DNA of 64,000 nucleotides from a virus: IMG/VR virus record IMGVR_UViG_3300028653_000010; one strand, 5' to 3'. Shown piece by piece: positions 10,198 to 21,136 of this stretch (position 1 is its first letter; each line of letters starts with the position of its first letter). The notes under the pieces were generated by a model. It saw only the letters and a program-made list of their open reading frames with translations, ran no database searches and was not told where the DNA came from. The position numbers and the translations under genes were made by a program.

Positions 10198-11139
10198 TCA
10201 CTCTCGGGTTAGCATTTCTCTGTACATTGGGCCTAATACCCGAGATACATTCCCCTTGACGGATACTTCAGAGAGTCCAAGTTCCGTCATCTCCACAGTA
10301 CAGTCCTTGGCTAGGTCGGCGCAGACCGCTCCCAGGACTGTAGGCATGTCCTTCATGCTGTTGGTAAGCTCCACACCAGAGTCATTGAGTCTCCCGATGG
10401 CGTTGGTAACCCTACCTTCAGTGACATACCTGGCTGCAAAGTCGTCGGCTGCCGTCGGCCCCCGTGGGATCTTCTGGACAGCGGCTGTAGCCACCTCGGC
10501 AAACTTTGCGCACTTGTGCTTGCAGATGAGCCACTCCCCAAACACGTTCCTGAAGAGAGGATTCGAACGAAGGACCACCCCTTCAGCAATGTTGTCATCG
10601 CCAAACCCATTAAGCTTACCGACAGTACTAGGCCTTTCGAGTAGGGAATCGAAGTTATCTTGGGTTGGCTCCCCGCGCCAGACTTCAGGTACTCTTGGAA
10701 GTCCAATCTTGTCACATATCTCACAGAACAGATCGTAGGTGACGAAGTTCTGAGCCACCATGATATCGAAGGCTCGGAATAGAGGCTCCTGGCCATTGCT
10801 GTACCTGACCCCTTTGGCTTTGATACCTGGTCCGTGAGCTTCCCCAAAGACAGTGACTTCTGAGAACCCGTACGAGACCATGAGAACCTCGAACATACGG
10901 TTCAACACTTCAGGTAGAGCCTTGAACCTGTTGAGCATCGACCCAAGAGGGAACTTCTGATCCCCAACCCCATACTCGACGTCGCGCGATCCGTACCCTA
11001 TCTCCTCAATACTCTTCATACCGAGAGGGAAAAACAAACGAAAGTTGCCTCCATGCACTTTTTCGCAGGCTATCACTTGCTTAACGTGGAATATCTCAGG
11101 ACACTTGGCTAGTTCGACGATTGAAGGGTACTTTTCCAT
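10198..11139 (-). CDS. RNA ligase, Rnl2 family
   Basis: Nucleotidyltransferase motifs EKVHGGNF (I), VFGEAHG (III), FRAFDIMV (IIIa), EGVVLR (IV) and CKHK (V). Confidence 0.85.
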   Translation of the reverse strand: MEKYPSIVELAKCPEIFHVKQVIACEKVHGGNFRLFFPLGMKSIEEIGYGSRDVEYGVGDQKFPLGSMLNRFKALPEVLNRMFEVLMVSYGFSEVTVFGEAHGPGIKAKGVRYSNGQEPLFRAFDIMVAQNFVTYDLFCEICDKIGLPRVPEVWRGEPTQDNFDSLLERPSTVGKLNGFGDDNIAEGVVLRSNPLFRNVFGEWLICKHKCAKFAEVATAAVQKIPRGPTAADDFAARYVTEGRVTNAIGRLNDSGVELTNSMKDMPTVLGAVCADLAKDCTVEMTELGLSEVSVKGNVSRVLGPMYREMLTRE

Positions 11140-11175
11140 AGTAGCTTGTCAGTCTACACCGGTATAGTTCTGACT

Positions 11176-11541
11176 TCAACCAGCTTTACAGAGTTCTTGA
11201 GAGCTAAACCCATCAGAAGTGAAGTAGGTACACGCGAAGTCCGCTGGGGCGCAGAAGTAGACTACTTTGGTTCCATTGCAATCTACGAGACTGTTGACAA
11301 TGAAACCATCAGCACAGGGGACACTTGAGCCATCTCCTGTTGGTGGGTATAACTTGACGGACTGGAAAGACCCATCCGACATATAGGCGGATGCGGTTGG
11401 AGTAGCCCGAGTTTCGCAGTCGTAGCCAGCTGATATACTGACTACGGTAGAGGCGGGAGTCTGAGGTTCTGGTTGAGTCTTATCAGGTGATGCACCACTA
11501 CAACCAACTGAGAGTAGGACCAAGCATAGTAGTTTCTTCAT
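11176..11541 (-). CDS. Putative Cys-rich lipoprotein
   Basis: MKKLLCLVLLSVGC signal peptide with lipobox, plus several Cys. Confidence 0.55.
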   Translation of the reverse strand: MKKLLCLVLLSVGCSGASPDKTQPEPQTPASTVVSISAGYDCETRATPTASAYMSDGSFQSVKLYPPTGDGSSVPCADGFIVNSLVDCNGTKVVYFCAPADFACTYFTSDGFSSQELCKAG

Positions 11542-12749
11542 GGTACCTAAACAGTAGCATGAAATAGATCCACAATACTACGCTGTTTTGAAACCTACTA
11601 ACGAGGAGTCATCAACTTGACCGTAGGAGTCGATAACCCATTGTAAGTACAGCTTTGAAGCGCCATCTAGGGTCGTTGCCGGGTAGCGCTGGCCCTCTCG
11701 GCACCAATTATAGATCGACATACCCATGGGATCCTGAGAGATCCCATGCCCTTTCATCTTTGAACAGAAACTACAGAACCTCTGCAGCTCTCTGAACAAG
11801 TCGAAAGTACCTGTAATCTTTGCGGTTTGCTCCAGAACAACATCAAGCTGTCGGTAGAGTAAGTGGAATCCGCTCTGTGAAGGTACCGAGTCCAGAAGCG
11901 ATAACTTGAGCTTCTTGGCGTCATCCTCTGTGTCCCCTGGGTCGTATCCGTTATCCTGCACCGTCTGGCTCAACAACATGATAGCCGTCTCGGTGTGTAA
12001 TTGTCTTCTGGCCCTCGGCCTTTTCAAGCACCTGAGGTGAATCAACGCATCCACAGTATCTTTTAGCTCATGTATGTTCATAATACCTTGAAACCATTGC
12101 TGTTTATATTGCTACTCTCAAAAAATTATCTGACGTGACGAGAACAGGTTGTGCCCGAGTTATGATTCATCCGGGATACCAATCACTAAACTAGTACTAG
12201 GAGCAGAGCAACATATTTTCTTCTTGACTTGTCGATTTACAGCATCGGAAATGCCTGTTTATCAACTTAGGGTAACCAATGGGTGCTATAACCCTCGAAC
12301 TAAGTATCATACTTTCAGTACAATTTTGTGTCACTCCTGACGCAAAGGCCATCTAAAGGTGTTGACTTTGAGGGCTCTCCCTGACACCGTAGTTACTCGA
12401 ATGGCCAAGGATGAATGCAAGTTGAAAGGCGACCGACTGATAATAGGACCCGATGTGGGAGCCGGCGAGATTCGCCCTTGCGTCCGTCACCACCCAGACC
12501 ACAGCATCACCAACGGATGGGTCAAACCCCTGAAGCAAGGGGTTCCCCTCAATGGGGCTGAGATGCTCTCAATCCAGTACGATGCCCAGGTGGGGGACTT
12601 CAAGGTCAAATCGATCTACAACCCCAACCAAGAGCAAGCCTCAGCCTCTGAAGAGATTGAATCCTCTACCCATGGTCCAGCAATGGTAGCAAGCAACGAG
12701 TATCGGTCTGGTTGGGATCGAGTATTCGGCTCAAAGGTAACCGTGGGCA

Positions 12750-13124
12750 GTGCCTAGTATGAAGATCAAGGGCAAAGCATTCATCTCCGGTGCCTACAGC
12801 GGGGGTAGTATCTCTGAAGTAGAGATCAACGTCTCAAAGGCAAGGTGTGTCATCGAGGACGTTATCAAAGCCGGATGGGTACCCCAGTGCCCAAATGTCT
12901 ACTGGCATTCATACGCAGAACTGCAGGATTACGACTTCTGGCTAGAAGCTGCTCTTGCCATCCTAAGGACGTGCGATGTTCTGGTACTGGTTCCCGGGTG
13001 GGGGACATCCTCCGGGGTCAGAAAGGAGATTGATCTGGCGAGAGAGCCAGGAATCCCAGTCATATCCGCTGCTGAACTAGGTACCTATCAACCCGTCTCA
13101 TATCGTAAAAAAGTGGGCTTCTGA
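12750..13124 (+). CDS. DUF4406/DUF1937-like protein (nucleoside deoxyribosyltransferase-like fold)
   Basis: AFISGAYS...LRTCDVLVLVPGWGTSSGVRKEIDLAREPGIPV. Confidence 0.7.
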   Translation: MPSMKIKGKAFISGAYSGGSISEVEINVSKARCVIEDVIKAGWVPQCPNVYWHSYAELQDYDFWLEAALAILRTCDVLVLVPGWGTSSGVRKEIDLAREPGIPVISAAELGTYQPVSYRKKVGF

Positions 13125-13163
13125 ATCGCCATAACCGCTGCTGAACTAGGTACCTATCAACCC
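13066..13163. repeat. 29-bp perfect direct repeat pair separated by 40 bp
   Basis: CCGCTGCTGAACTAGGTACCTATCAACCC at 13066-13094 and 13135-13163. Confidence 0.9.
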
Positions 13164-14263
13164 TAGTTCAGGTGAACCCTAGATTCTAGCCTAGACGTTA
13201 TGGATCTCATCAACCGTATGTCATTGAGATCTCTACTGTTCTTGACCATAACTCTCCAATAGGCTTCCTGCTCTTCAAGAGGTGAGGAATCCCATACCTC
13301 GTTCAGGGCCTTCATCACGGGGTCATTCTCATCTAGGACTTTACCGGTGAGTGGATCCATGATTGCTGGGCGACATCCTGTACACTTGGGGTCAAACTTT
13401 TCACAAGGCATGGGGCCGACGATACCTCGATTTGAGTGACAGGTCCAACTTTTCGTTGACCACTGGCGCCACCCGGTGTACCTAAGGGGCAGAGGGCCCA
13501 AGGCGGCCTCCTAACTGGCAAAACGACAAGCGGTACGTCGTCCGCACCAACCCCAGGATCAATAAGGATTGAACGAACTCTTTCGGATAATTGATCGTCG
13601 ACTGGGAAGTAGTTCACCCGGTTGAAAGCAGGCTTCGGCCTGGCCAATCTGGAGGAACAACGCCTTGGGCTGCCTCGCAATCTCTAGAGTACGCGGCAAA
13701 GAGCATAGAATGAACTTCTCACAGGTTATCCCATATCTCAGGGCGGGCAGGTTAGCCCGTCGTCGCGGGGGCGGCTGGGTGATGGCAGACCAGTTCGGGA
13801 ATTACACATCAGTTGAAAACAACATGCGCTTGACCCTCAGCGATGAAGACCGCTTCGCCGATGACTGGGAAGTTCTGTGAATCTTAGAAATCGACACCCG
13901 AGGGCGGGGGATTTCTAGTCTTGACTATATAGGAGTGAGTGGCACCTAAAACCATGGATGTCCAACAAGGTAGTCGGAGATATCCCAGAGCCAGCCCTCG
14001 ACCAGAATGTCACTGACGACGCTAAGCCTTAATCCTACCCTTGATCTTGATGGCCAAGTACGACCCACTTGCATACCCTAACACGAAGAAAGGGGCATGC
14101 TTTGGGTCGTGTACTGACTCTCCAACCCCGAACACCAGAGCGATGGCCTGAACTCCGGAGAACAAGGCAGCAATGGCCGCGTTCCCTCGTTCTGAGTAAT
14201 GAGTCCAGAATACTGCAGTCCCCTCCAAGAAGAGACCCGCGCCCAGGGTGGCTAGGTACTCAA

Positions 14264-14848
14264 TCACCGGTTGTACGCTTTGAGTAAGGCTTCCTCGACC
14301 TGCGCTAGATTGGTTCCGTCATAGCGGATGATGCGCGGGTCGTTGGTGGGCTTGTCGTTGTGAGGGTGGGCCACGGCAATCACAAGCCCTCTTGGTCTGC
14401 GCTGAAGCCAGGCCTCGTAGTACTCAGGCCAATCGTCAACGAGGACCCGACCATAGACGATCTCCTTGGTCTGCGAGATCGTAATTGAAGCATCAGACAG
14501 ATGCTTCTGTGCCCAGGACACCTTTTCGGACCATGAGTTGGGAACTTTGACTGATGCCTTCGTGAGCACCACGAGGTCGAAGCCTATCCTCCGGACCACG
14601 TTCAGTACTTCGAACCCTCGCTTGAGGGGCTTCAGGTTCAAGTAGAACCCAGGCTGACTCCTGACCAGCTTACGCCGGTTCTCCAGGTACTCCCCTTGCA
14701 CACCAGTCTCCCCCGGTGCAACAAGCTTGGCCAGCTCCCTGCGCATCTTGGTGTCGTAGTCAGCCAGAGTACCGTCCAAGTCGATGAGAGCAAGACGTTC
14801 GTCCAGTGGTAGTGGAGTTTTTGGTATTCTTCTAGTTGGTGAGCGCAT
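14264..14848 (-). CDS. 5'(3')-deoxyribonucleotidase, NT5C-like HAD family
   Basis: LIDLDGTLADY (HAD motif I), PGFYLNLKP, SEKVSW and VLVDDWP (motif IV). GGTGTA lies 11 nt before ATG 14848. Confidence 0.8.
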   Translation of the reverse strand: MRSPTRRIPKTPLPLDERLALIDLDGTLADYDTKMRRELAKLVAPGETGVQGEYLENRRKLVRSQPGFYLNLKPLKRGFEVLNVVRRIGFDLVVLTKASVKVPNSWSEKVSWAQKHLSDASITISQTKEIVYGRVLVDDWPEYYEAWLQRRPRGLVIAVAHPHNDKPTNDPRIIRYDGTNLAQVEEALLKAYNR

Positions 14849-15168
14849 GTTGGTGTATTTACACCAACATTCACTCAACTCTCAGGGAGTAAGTGTCAGT
14901 ATTACCAGCCTCTGCCACAACGGATACAGCATTTAACCCGTGGATTGACATATTTGATATCACAAATGATGCCCCTGTACCGGGGTAGGTGATGATGTCC
15001 TTAGTTTCCAGGACTTGGTCACGTGGGTGGAGAACCTGATGATCTACGGATGGTTTGAAACCATTCAGAGGCTCTGTCCGAATGGTTTGCAACTCTCTCA
15101 TCCTGGGCAAGGGGTTCCATCAGCGGTTAATGAGGATGAAGGATTATCAGAATCTGATGGGGTGGGCG

Positions 15169-15408
15169 ATGGCGGATGAACCTGAAGTCTGTGCAGGCCT
15201 ATTCAAACCCTGCTCAAAGCCGGTGACCCATCACCTGGAAGATCCCGATAAGGAGGGTCAACCGATCCCTCTCTGTGACGAGCACTGGAAGTATGCAATG
15301 GACTTGGAGCATGCACTAGGATCAAACTCAGAGTTCAGAGAACGATTTGCCAAGGCAGTTGACAAGGCATCAATACCCACTAGATACGAACGTAAACCGG
15401 TGATTTGA
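15169..15408 (+). CDS. Hypothetical protein with C-terminal RYER tag (TRYERKPVI)
   Basis: Shared C-terminal motif. Confidence 0.65.
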   Translation: MADEPEVCAGLFKPCSKPVTHHLEDPDKEGQPIPLCDEHWKYAMDLEHALGSNSEFRERFAKAVDKASIPTRYERKPVI

Positions 15409-15851
15409 TGGCAATTACTACTCTATGGCATGATCTTCACCAAGAGGAGGACCAAGTCTACTTTAGGCTTACCAGCGGATGTAAAGGGTACGTGTTTTGC
15501 GGCATAGATCATCTACTAGCACCCTATTCAGCAGATGATTGTGGCGATCATCTTGTTACTGTCCACCTACAGCAGGCCACCATCAATACCATCGAGGAAC
15601 TGGCTAAGGCCGGAGGTGCCAGGCTCATCTCCAAAAACTGGTTTGGTTTCGGTATCGTTGATGGGGTCATGAACCTCGTGACCTGGTACGAGAGGCCTGG
15701 GTCTCTCGTTCGATATGGGTTGTTCTACACAAACAAGCAAGTCGTCCCTCAATTCGAGTCCATGATTCGTGAGCCAGAGAAGCCCTTTGACTGGGGCCCT
15801 CAGGAAATACCTCGACGAATATCAAGGTATGAACGAGGGTGGGTCATATAG
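15408..15851 (+). CDS. Hypothetical protein with C-terminal RYER tag (SRYERGWVI)
   Basis: Shared C-terminal motif; translationally coupled through TGATG. Confidence 0.7.
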   Translation: MAITTLWHDLHQEEDQVYFRLTSGCKGYVFCGIDHLLAPYSADDCGDHLVTVHLQQATINTIEELAKAGGARLISKNWFGFGIVDGVMNLVTWYERPGSLVRYGLFYTNKQVVPQFESMIREPEKPFDWGPQEIPRRISRYERGWVI

Positions 15852-16602
15852 AACCCATTGAATAACAACAATAATAAAGGTACCCTGCGCCAATGAACCT
15901 GGAACTACGTAAGCAAGGGTCGATTCGAGACGGAGTCAAAAGAGAGAGTAGTTATGGGGAGACTACAATTGTCGAATATGTACCTGGAAACGGGTCGTTG
16001 TACCTCATATCCTTCACCGACCTGAAGGAGTTCGCCCCAGAGGTTAAGGATCGGTTGGGGTTAGGTAGCGAGGGTGATGGGGTCCTAGTTTCGTACTTGA
16101 ACCAAGTTCCAATTCGAACGATGGTTGTCATCTGTAGCTCCGCACTACTTCACTGGAGGTACGTCCAGGAGAAACTTGGGATTGCGATACCTGATGCTAT
16201 CGTTCTAACGGAGTTGATTGGACTCTTGTGTGAAAGGCCGTTTATTACTTGTGAGGAGGCTGCAAAGGAAGTCGAAGTCAAACCAGAGAACATCCCTTGT
16301 TGCGAGCGCGACCACAACAATGACGGCAACTGTGATCAACACCCCGGTAGCGAGGCCCCCAATCGATGAGACTGAACCTGTTAGGGTTTGAGTTATTGTT
16401 AGCGGCTAGGTTTGGCCCAACCATCAATACAGTGATCCGCTTTCGTAAGTGGCAGGATAGTATGTATCGATTGCGATGCCGAGCGTTCCACGATAATCGT
16501 TGGGTGTTAGACCCAGAATATCCTGGGCGTCGCTGGTATTGTTGTAAAGACTGCGGGACAACTTGGCTAGAACCTGTTAGGGGAACTGGTGTAGTTGACT
16601 AG

Positions 16603-17055
16603 ATGATTAGTATTCCAGCATTTTGGGTTCAACTTACAGGAGAGTTCCCAGTTCTCGAGAAGGATGCAGGGGTTCCGTTCTTACTACTAGGCGAGAATGG
16701 GCACGATATCCTCTTACTTCGCAGAGAAACAACAATCAGCTTCAAGTTCTTCGAGCTGGCGGTGAACACTCAACACCCGAGTCACGTCAGGGATGGGATC
16801 ACGAAGCTCATGAAGAGCCTCTATGATACCTGGCAAGGGGTTCTACCGAATCAAGGACGAGCCCAGTTCTACGGATTCATACGGGGTGAGCTGATGAGTC
16901 ATATTGACCCTAACCCAACGAACACTGTGCACTGTGTCCACATCGGACTCGGGTACACGACCTATCCAATGAAGAACATCACCTGCGGGGTCCCGGAGCG
17001 AGTCCAAGCTCTCTGTGACGCCAACCAACTACCAATGGAGTTAGCCATCGCATGA
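16603..17055 (+). CDS. Hypothetical protein, apparent untagged paralogue of 37649..38125
   Basis: IPAFWV...FYGFI...HIGLGYTT versus IQVNWL...FFGVI...MIGMGYST. GGTGTA lies 9 nt upstream. Confidence 0.5.
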   Translation: MISIPAFWVQLTGEFPVLEKDAGVPFLLLGENGHDILLLRRETTISFKFFELAVNTQHPSHVRDGITKLMKSLYDTWQGVLPNQGRAQFYGFIRGELMSHIDPNPTNTVHCVHIGLGYTTYPMKNITCGVPERVQALCDANQLPMELAIA

Positions 17056-17307
17056 ACACTCTTCCTGAAGATAACGAGCCTGGATCCCCAGCTGAGGAGA
17101 TAGCCCTCAAGATCCTCCAAGGCATTCGGATCATCCAAAAGCACAAACCTAAAGTCACCTTGATTGGGTTGGATAAGGGAGTCTATGTTGGACCATTAGA
17201 GAGCCCAGATACCGACTTGTCCTTCACAACCGCAGAGATAAACCAACTCAAGGAACTCGGTTGGTGTTGGAGTGAAGAGCAAGAATCTTGGGAGTTCTAC
17301 ACGGGCC

Positions 17308-17580
17308 ATGGCTAACTCAGCCTACCTCAAGCTTGTCACTTCGGTGATGAATGCTATGAAGGAGGACAACATCAGTAGTGAGGTTGCCGAGACCACCGTC
17401 ATCTCAGTGCTTGATAGAGTTATTAGGGCAGCCTGGGACAACAATGATGCTATCAAGTCTAAGTTCAAAACATTCGATAGCTTCAGGGTACACGTGGTCA
17501 AGACACGACTCGTAGATCCTGACTCAAAACCTGCAGTGACTAGGATCAAGAGCCGCTACGAACGGGACCCCGTGATATGA
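17308..17580 (+). CDS. Hypothetical protein with C-terminal RYER tag (SRYERDPVI)
   Basis: Shared C-terminal motif; tandem paralogue of the next gene (AWDNNDAIKSKFKT versus IWNDSSSIRAKFNT). Confidence 0.7.
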   Translation: MANSAYLKLVTSVMNAMKEDNISSEVAETTVISVLDRVIRAAWDNNDAIKSKFKTFDSFRVHVVKTRLVDPDSKPAVTRIKSRYERDPVI

Positions 17581-17828
17581 ACAAATCTCGCTTCCTCAAG
17601 TTCATCGAGGCAGTTGAGGGGGTACTAGAGGACAATGGTATCTCAGGTAAGCCTGCTGAGGAGATCACCCTCAGCTTGTTCTCTGAATTGTTCACAGCCA
17701 TTTGGAACGATAGCTCCTCTATTCGAGCTAAGTTCAATACTAAGAGGGACTTCATTATAGCTGTAAACTTGGATATTCAGAATCGGTCCAGGGTGAAGAC
17801 TCGGTACGAGAGGGACCCAGTGATATGA
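17577..17828 (+). CDS. Hypothetical protein with C-terminal RYER tag (TRYERDPVI)
   Basis: Shared C-terminal motif; ATGA overlap with the previous gene. Confidence 0.7.
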   Translation: MNKSRFLKFIEAVEGVLEDNGISGKPAEEITLSLFSELFTAIWNDSSSIRAKFNTKRDFIIAVNLDIQNRSRVKTRYERDPVI

Positions 17829-18290
17829 TCGAACGCTACATCCGATGCAAGAACTGCCAGATCATCTATCTGTGGAACTCCTACAACCGCTCTCGAGAGT
17901 CCTGCACTGACTATTGTCCGGAGTGTAAGGAGGCCGTCAACGCAGCTCTTCAGACTATCCCACGTAAGTTCGAATCTCGTAGCCTACCCACCTCTGAGAT
18001 TCCACAATTCTCTGATGTGACTTGGGAGAACATCGTTGAGTGGGAGGAAGATCTTAGAACTAGACGTCAAACTTCCCTTGTGGCCAAACGGATTGGAGTT
18101 GGACTATTCAACCTTGATACCGGAGATCACATGAGCGTCAGGTGGGTCGACGCAACCTCTGGGGCACACCAGGGTGTGTCCTTCAAGGTATCTTCTTGGG
18201 ACACTAACCCTGAGAAGACCATAGAAGTTGGCATGGAGTACGACCTAGCCAACCAAGTATTCACGGGCGAGGTATGGAGATACAGGTACT

Positions 18291-18635
18291 ATGCCCCTTG
18301 AAGATCCTCCGGACCCCATACCCTTAGTAGCCATGCAGATGCCATTCTTCATCGACTACCCGGATGAGTACCACGTGACGCTAACCTCCTTTGGCCCAAC
18401 GCCAAACCGAGTCCGCCAGTACCTACGCCAGCGGTTCACCTACTCAATAGCTGAAGTAATGGGGGTTCGGATACCACTCTCTCTACTCAATTCAAATGAG
18501 CTTGAGGCCGAGGCACTTAAAATCGAACTTGAAGAGATTTGGGCCGAGGTCCAAATAACCTGTAAGCCTGGGGGGCCAGACGACGGAAGTCAGCACTACC
18601 CTGGGGTTAGAGTAGGGTTTGCCCACAAGGTGTGA
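18291..18635 (+). CDS. Ribosomal protein bL12 C-terminal-domain-like protein
   Basis: YHVTLTSFGP...EAEALKIELEEIWAEVQI resembles the bL12 CTD pattern FDV.L...G...AEALKK.LEE.GAEVEV. Confidence 0.45.
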   Translation: MPLEDPPDPIPLVAMQMPFFIDYPDEYHVTLTSFGPTPNRVRQYLRQRFTYSIAEVMGVRIPLSLLNSNELEAEALKIELEEIWAEVQITCKPGGPDDGSQHYPGVRVGFAHKV

Positions 18636-18652
18636 TACTTTTGATCTGACTT

Positions 18653-18681
18653 GTTGAGATCTGCCATCCTCGCGCGTAATA
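18653..18681 (+). promoter_or_regulatory. Class A promoter-like motif
   Basis: GTTGAGAtctgccatcctcgcgCGTAATA upstream of ORF 18737. Confidence 0.7.
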
Positions 18682-19237
18682 TGGACTAACGACCTCGATA
18701 CTCTCGAGATCTAAACGCACCCAATAGGGGACCAGGATGAAACAGACAACAAGCCAACGTCAAGCACAGATTCTCAGCATACTCCCTGAATTGATTCAAA
18801 AAGCAACGAAAGCCCAGGCCCGCTTCGCCGAGATGGCGACTCACTTCGAGATTACTCAGGACGGTGTCCTGAAGTCCACCCTGACTCCGCTCAAGGGTGC
18901 TCGGCGGTTCACTCCACAGTTCGAGGAGTTCTCCGAGGAACTGCTAGTGGCAGTTACCGAGATCGGTGAAAACCTAGCTGGGATCACGGATATGGTTGAG
19001 CAAATCGAAGCAGCAACGGAACAACTCGCAGTTGGGGTTGAAACTCAGTTGGAGGTCATCCCGGTCGATTCGATGAGCTCAGCAATCAGCAGCCTAGAGT
19101 CAATATTGAGCGTTCGTTCATCCTCCTCACCTATCTCATCGACTTCGTTGATTGCAGCCAAGCACTGAAGTCATCGTTTACTACTATGTGGGTAGCCATT
19201 ATGAGGTAATGGTTACCCCTTGGTGTACACAAGGGTG

Positions 19238-19744
19238 ATGATTGAGTACACTCAAACCAATGTCATACACGGCAATTGCTGGCAAACTGCTGTAGCTTGC
19301 GTACTAGAGATCCCTCCTGAGCAACTACCGGATCAGACTGTGTGTGATCTTTGGGACAAGCCAAACCCTGAAGAGAGCGGGACGTGGACACGCAAGGAGC
19401 CCTACTACCAGAACGAACTGGGAACCTACTTGCGCAAGCACCATGGGCTGGCCTATGTCAACCTACAACCTCACTTCTTGAGTGCTCTCGAAGTAAAGGC
19501 ACCGGGGATTCACTTCATGTCTGGCAAGACAGTCCGGACCGCTGTCTCAAAAGAGAATCACGTTGTGGTTGCGCGCTACGGGGAGCTTCTCTGGGACCCT
19601 CACCCTCGCCGGACCGGGCTCATCGAGGTCATCTACTGGGCGTTCCTCATCCCGTACCCGGAGGAGTGGTCCAAGTACTCAAAGATGGAAGATCCGTGCC
19701 ATTGTCCGGAGTGTGGTGGATTCGAATTGAAACAATCAGCTTGA
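19238..19744 (+). CDS. Putative papain-like (Cys-His-Asp) peptidase-fold phage protein
   Basis: HGNCWQTAVACVL...NHVVV...LWDPHP. GGTGTA lies 10 nt before the ATG. Confidence 0.45.
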   Translation: MIEYTQTNVIHGNCWQTAVACVLEIPPEQLPDQTVCDLWDKPNPEESGTWTRKEPYYQNELGTYLRKHHGLAYVNLQPHFLSALEVKAPGIHFMSGKTVRTAVSKENHVVVARYGELLWDPHPRRTGLIEVIYWAFLIPYPEEWSKYSKMEDPCHCPECGGFELKQSA

Positions 19745-21088
19745 TTGACTTTGGTTCCCAGCTACTGTAGCTTTGACAGCCATGCTACCGTGGTTTCTGT
19801 GCGGGTACATCCCAGCCGTAATCTTTTCCTTGGGTTTGGATGCCTTGCCGTCTGAGATCCTGATAGAACCGTACGCAGTCGACAACTCGTTTTACCTGTC
19901 TGACTTGTCGTTCACCTCGCGCGCCTACTGTCACCACGAGACGAACTGCTACCCTGAGTATGCTGAGTGCTGGATAGAGCCCGGAAGCTTTGGTCCAAGT
20001 TGGGTCAGGACTCCAATGTTGTGCAAGACCACGGTGAGCTGTCGTACCCTAAGGCTGTCACCGGAGGCGTGCTGTCAACCGATTTGAGAGGAATCATGTT
20101 TCATCGACACAAATGGACTTTGAGAGCTAGAATAGCAAGTAAACCCTACTCAGGTCGTAGATTTGAGGCCGAAGGGATTGCCGCCCTGGGTGCTATATCC
20201 CTGCTTCAAGGGCAAGTAGTTCTGGTCTTCACTTGTGAGTGCGGGCGCATCTTAGAGAAGAAGTACCCCGGGACAGAGGTTAAACTAGAAGATTCAGGGT
20301 TACCCAATGGGTAAAGTAAGTACCAAACGATTCCTCGGTCACACTCTTGAGAAGGATGTCAAGCTCGACATGTGGTCCAATAACGACTCAGGTGGGCTCA
20401 ATATCACCTTGAACAAGCATGCAGATGACTCTTGGACTATTGCAGTTAAACTCACTCTTGGTGGACCAGTTCTTTTTGGTTCCGGGAATACTGAACGATC
20501 TGCGCGTAACGATCTCATAGGCCGTATGAACAACGTCAGTAAAATACTTAGCAACTTCAAGGGGTTCTAACTCATGCCAGAAGAGTTTGATGTTCGAAAG
20601 CACGGTGGGTTGTTCGCTCTGGTCGCGGACTTCGACAAGGCCCAAGAGTTCATTTTCTTGGCCGCTAACTTGTTTGGTGGAACGCTGGACTTCACGATCC
20701 TTCGAGGCACCCCCTTCGAAGGAGCTCCTAAGCCAGTTCTCCCTTTGAGTGAAAGCCCCAACTACTCTATCTGGGTATTCCCCAAAGACCGACCCAAGTA
20801 TGCTCAAGCTTACCTGGAACTCGGAAACAGGCTAGGGTACCTGGCTCGATTGATGGCTTGGCCCAAAGAGGTATACCCCTCGAAGTAGTACCCTGCGCGG
20901 GAGACACTGATGCCTCAACCTGAGGTGATACCCGAGCGTGAACCCTCTCTCAAATTGGCGACTTGCTTGGCCCTTCTTCTAAAGATCAACTGGGCTCGTC
21001 GAGTTGGTAAGCTCGACATGGCAGATAAGCTCCTCAAGGAACTCCACACAATTGAGGGTAAGCGGTAGTAGGCCTCTCGTTCGGTATT

Positions 21089-21136
21089 ATACTTTCTCAA
21101 CTAATAGCTTGAGAAAGTATCTACTCGTGCGTAATA
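21089..21136 (+). promoter_or_regulatory. Class A motif overlapped by a 12-bp inverted repeat (possible operator)
   Basis: ATACTTTCTCAA-ctaatagc-TTGAGAAAGTAT, followed by CGTAATA at 21130-21136. Confidence 0.6.

Noticed and set aside
13066-13163. Bona fide CRISPR array
   Set aside because: There are only two repeats, no typical repeat termini and no cas genes, and one copy lies within a CDS. It is kept only as a low-interest finding.
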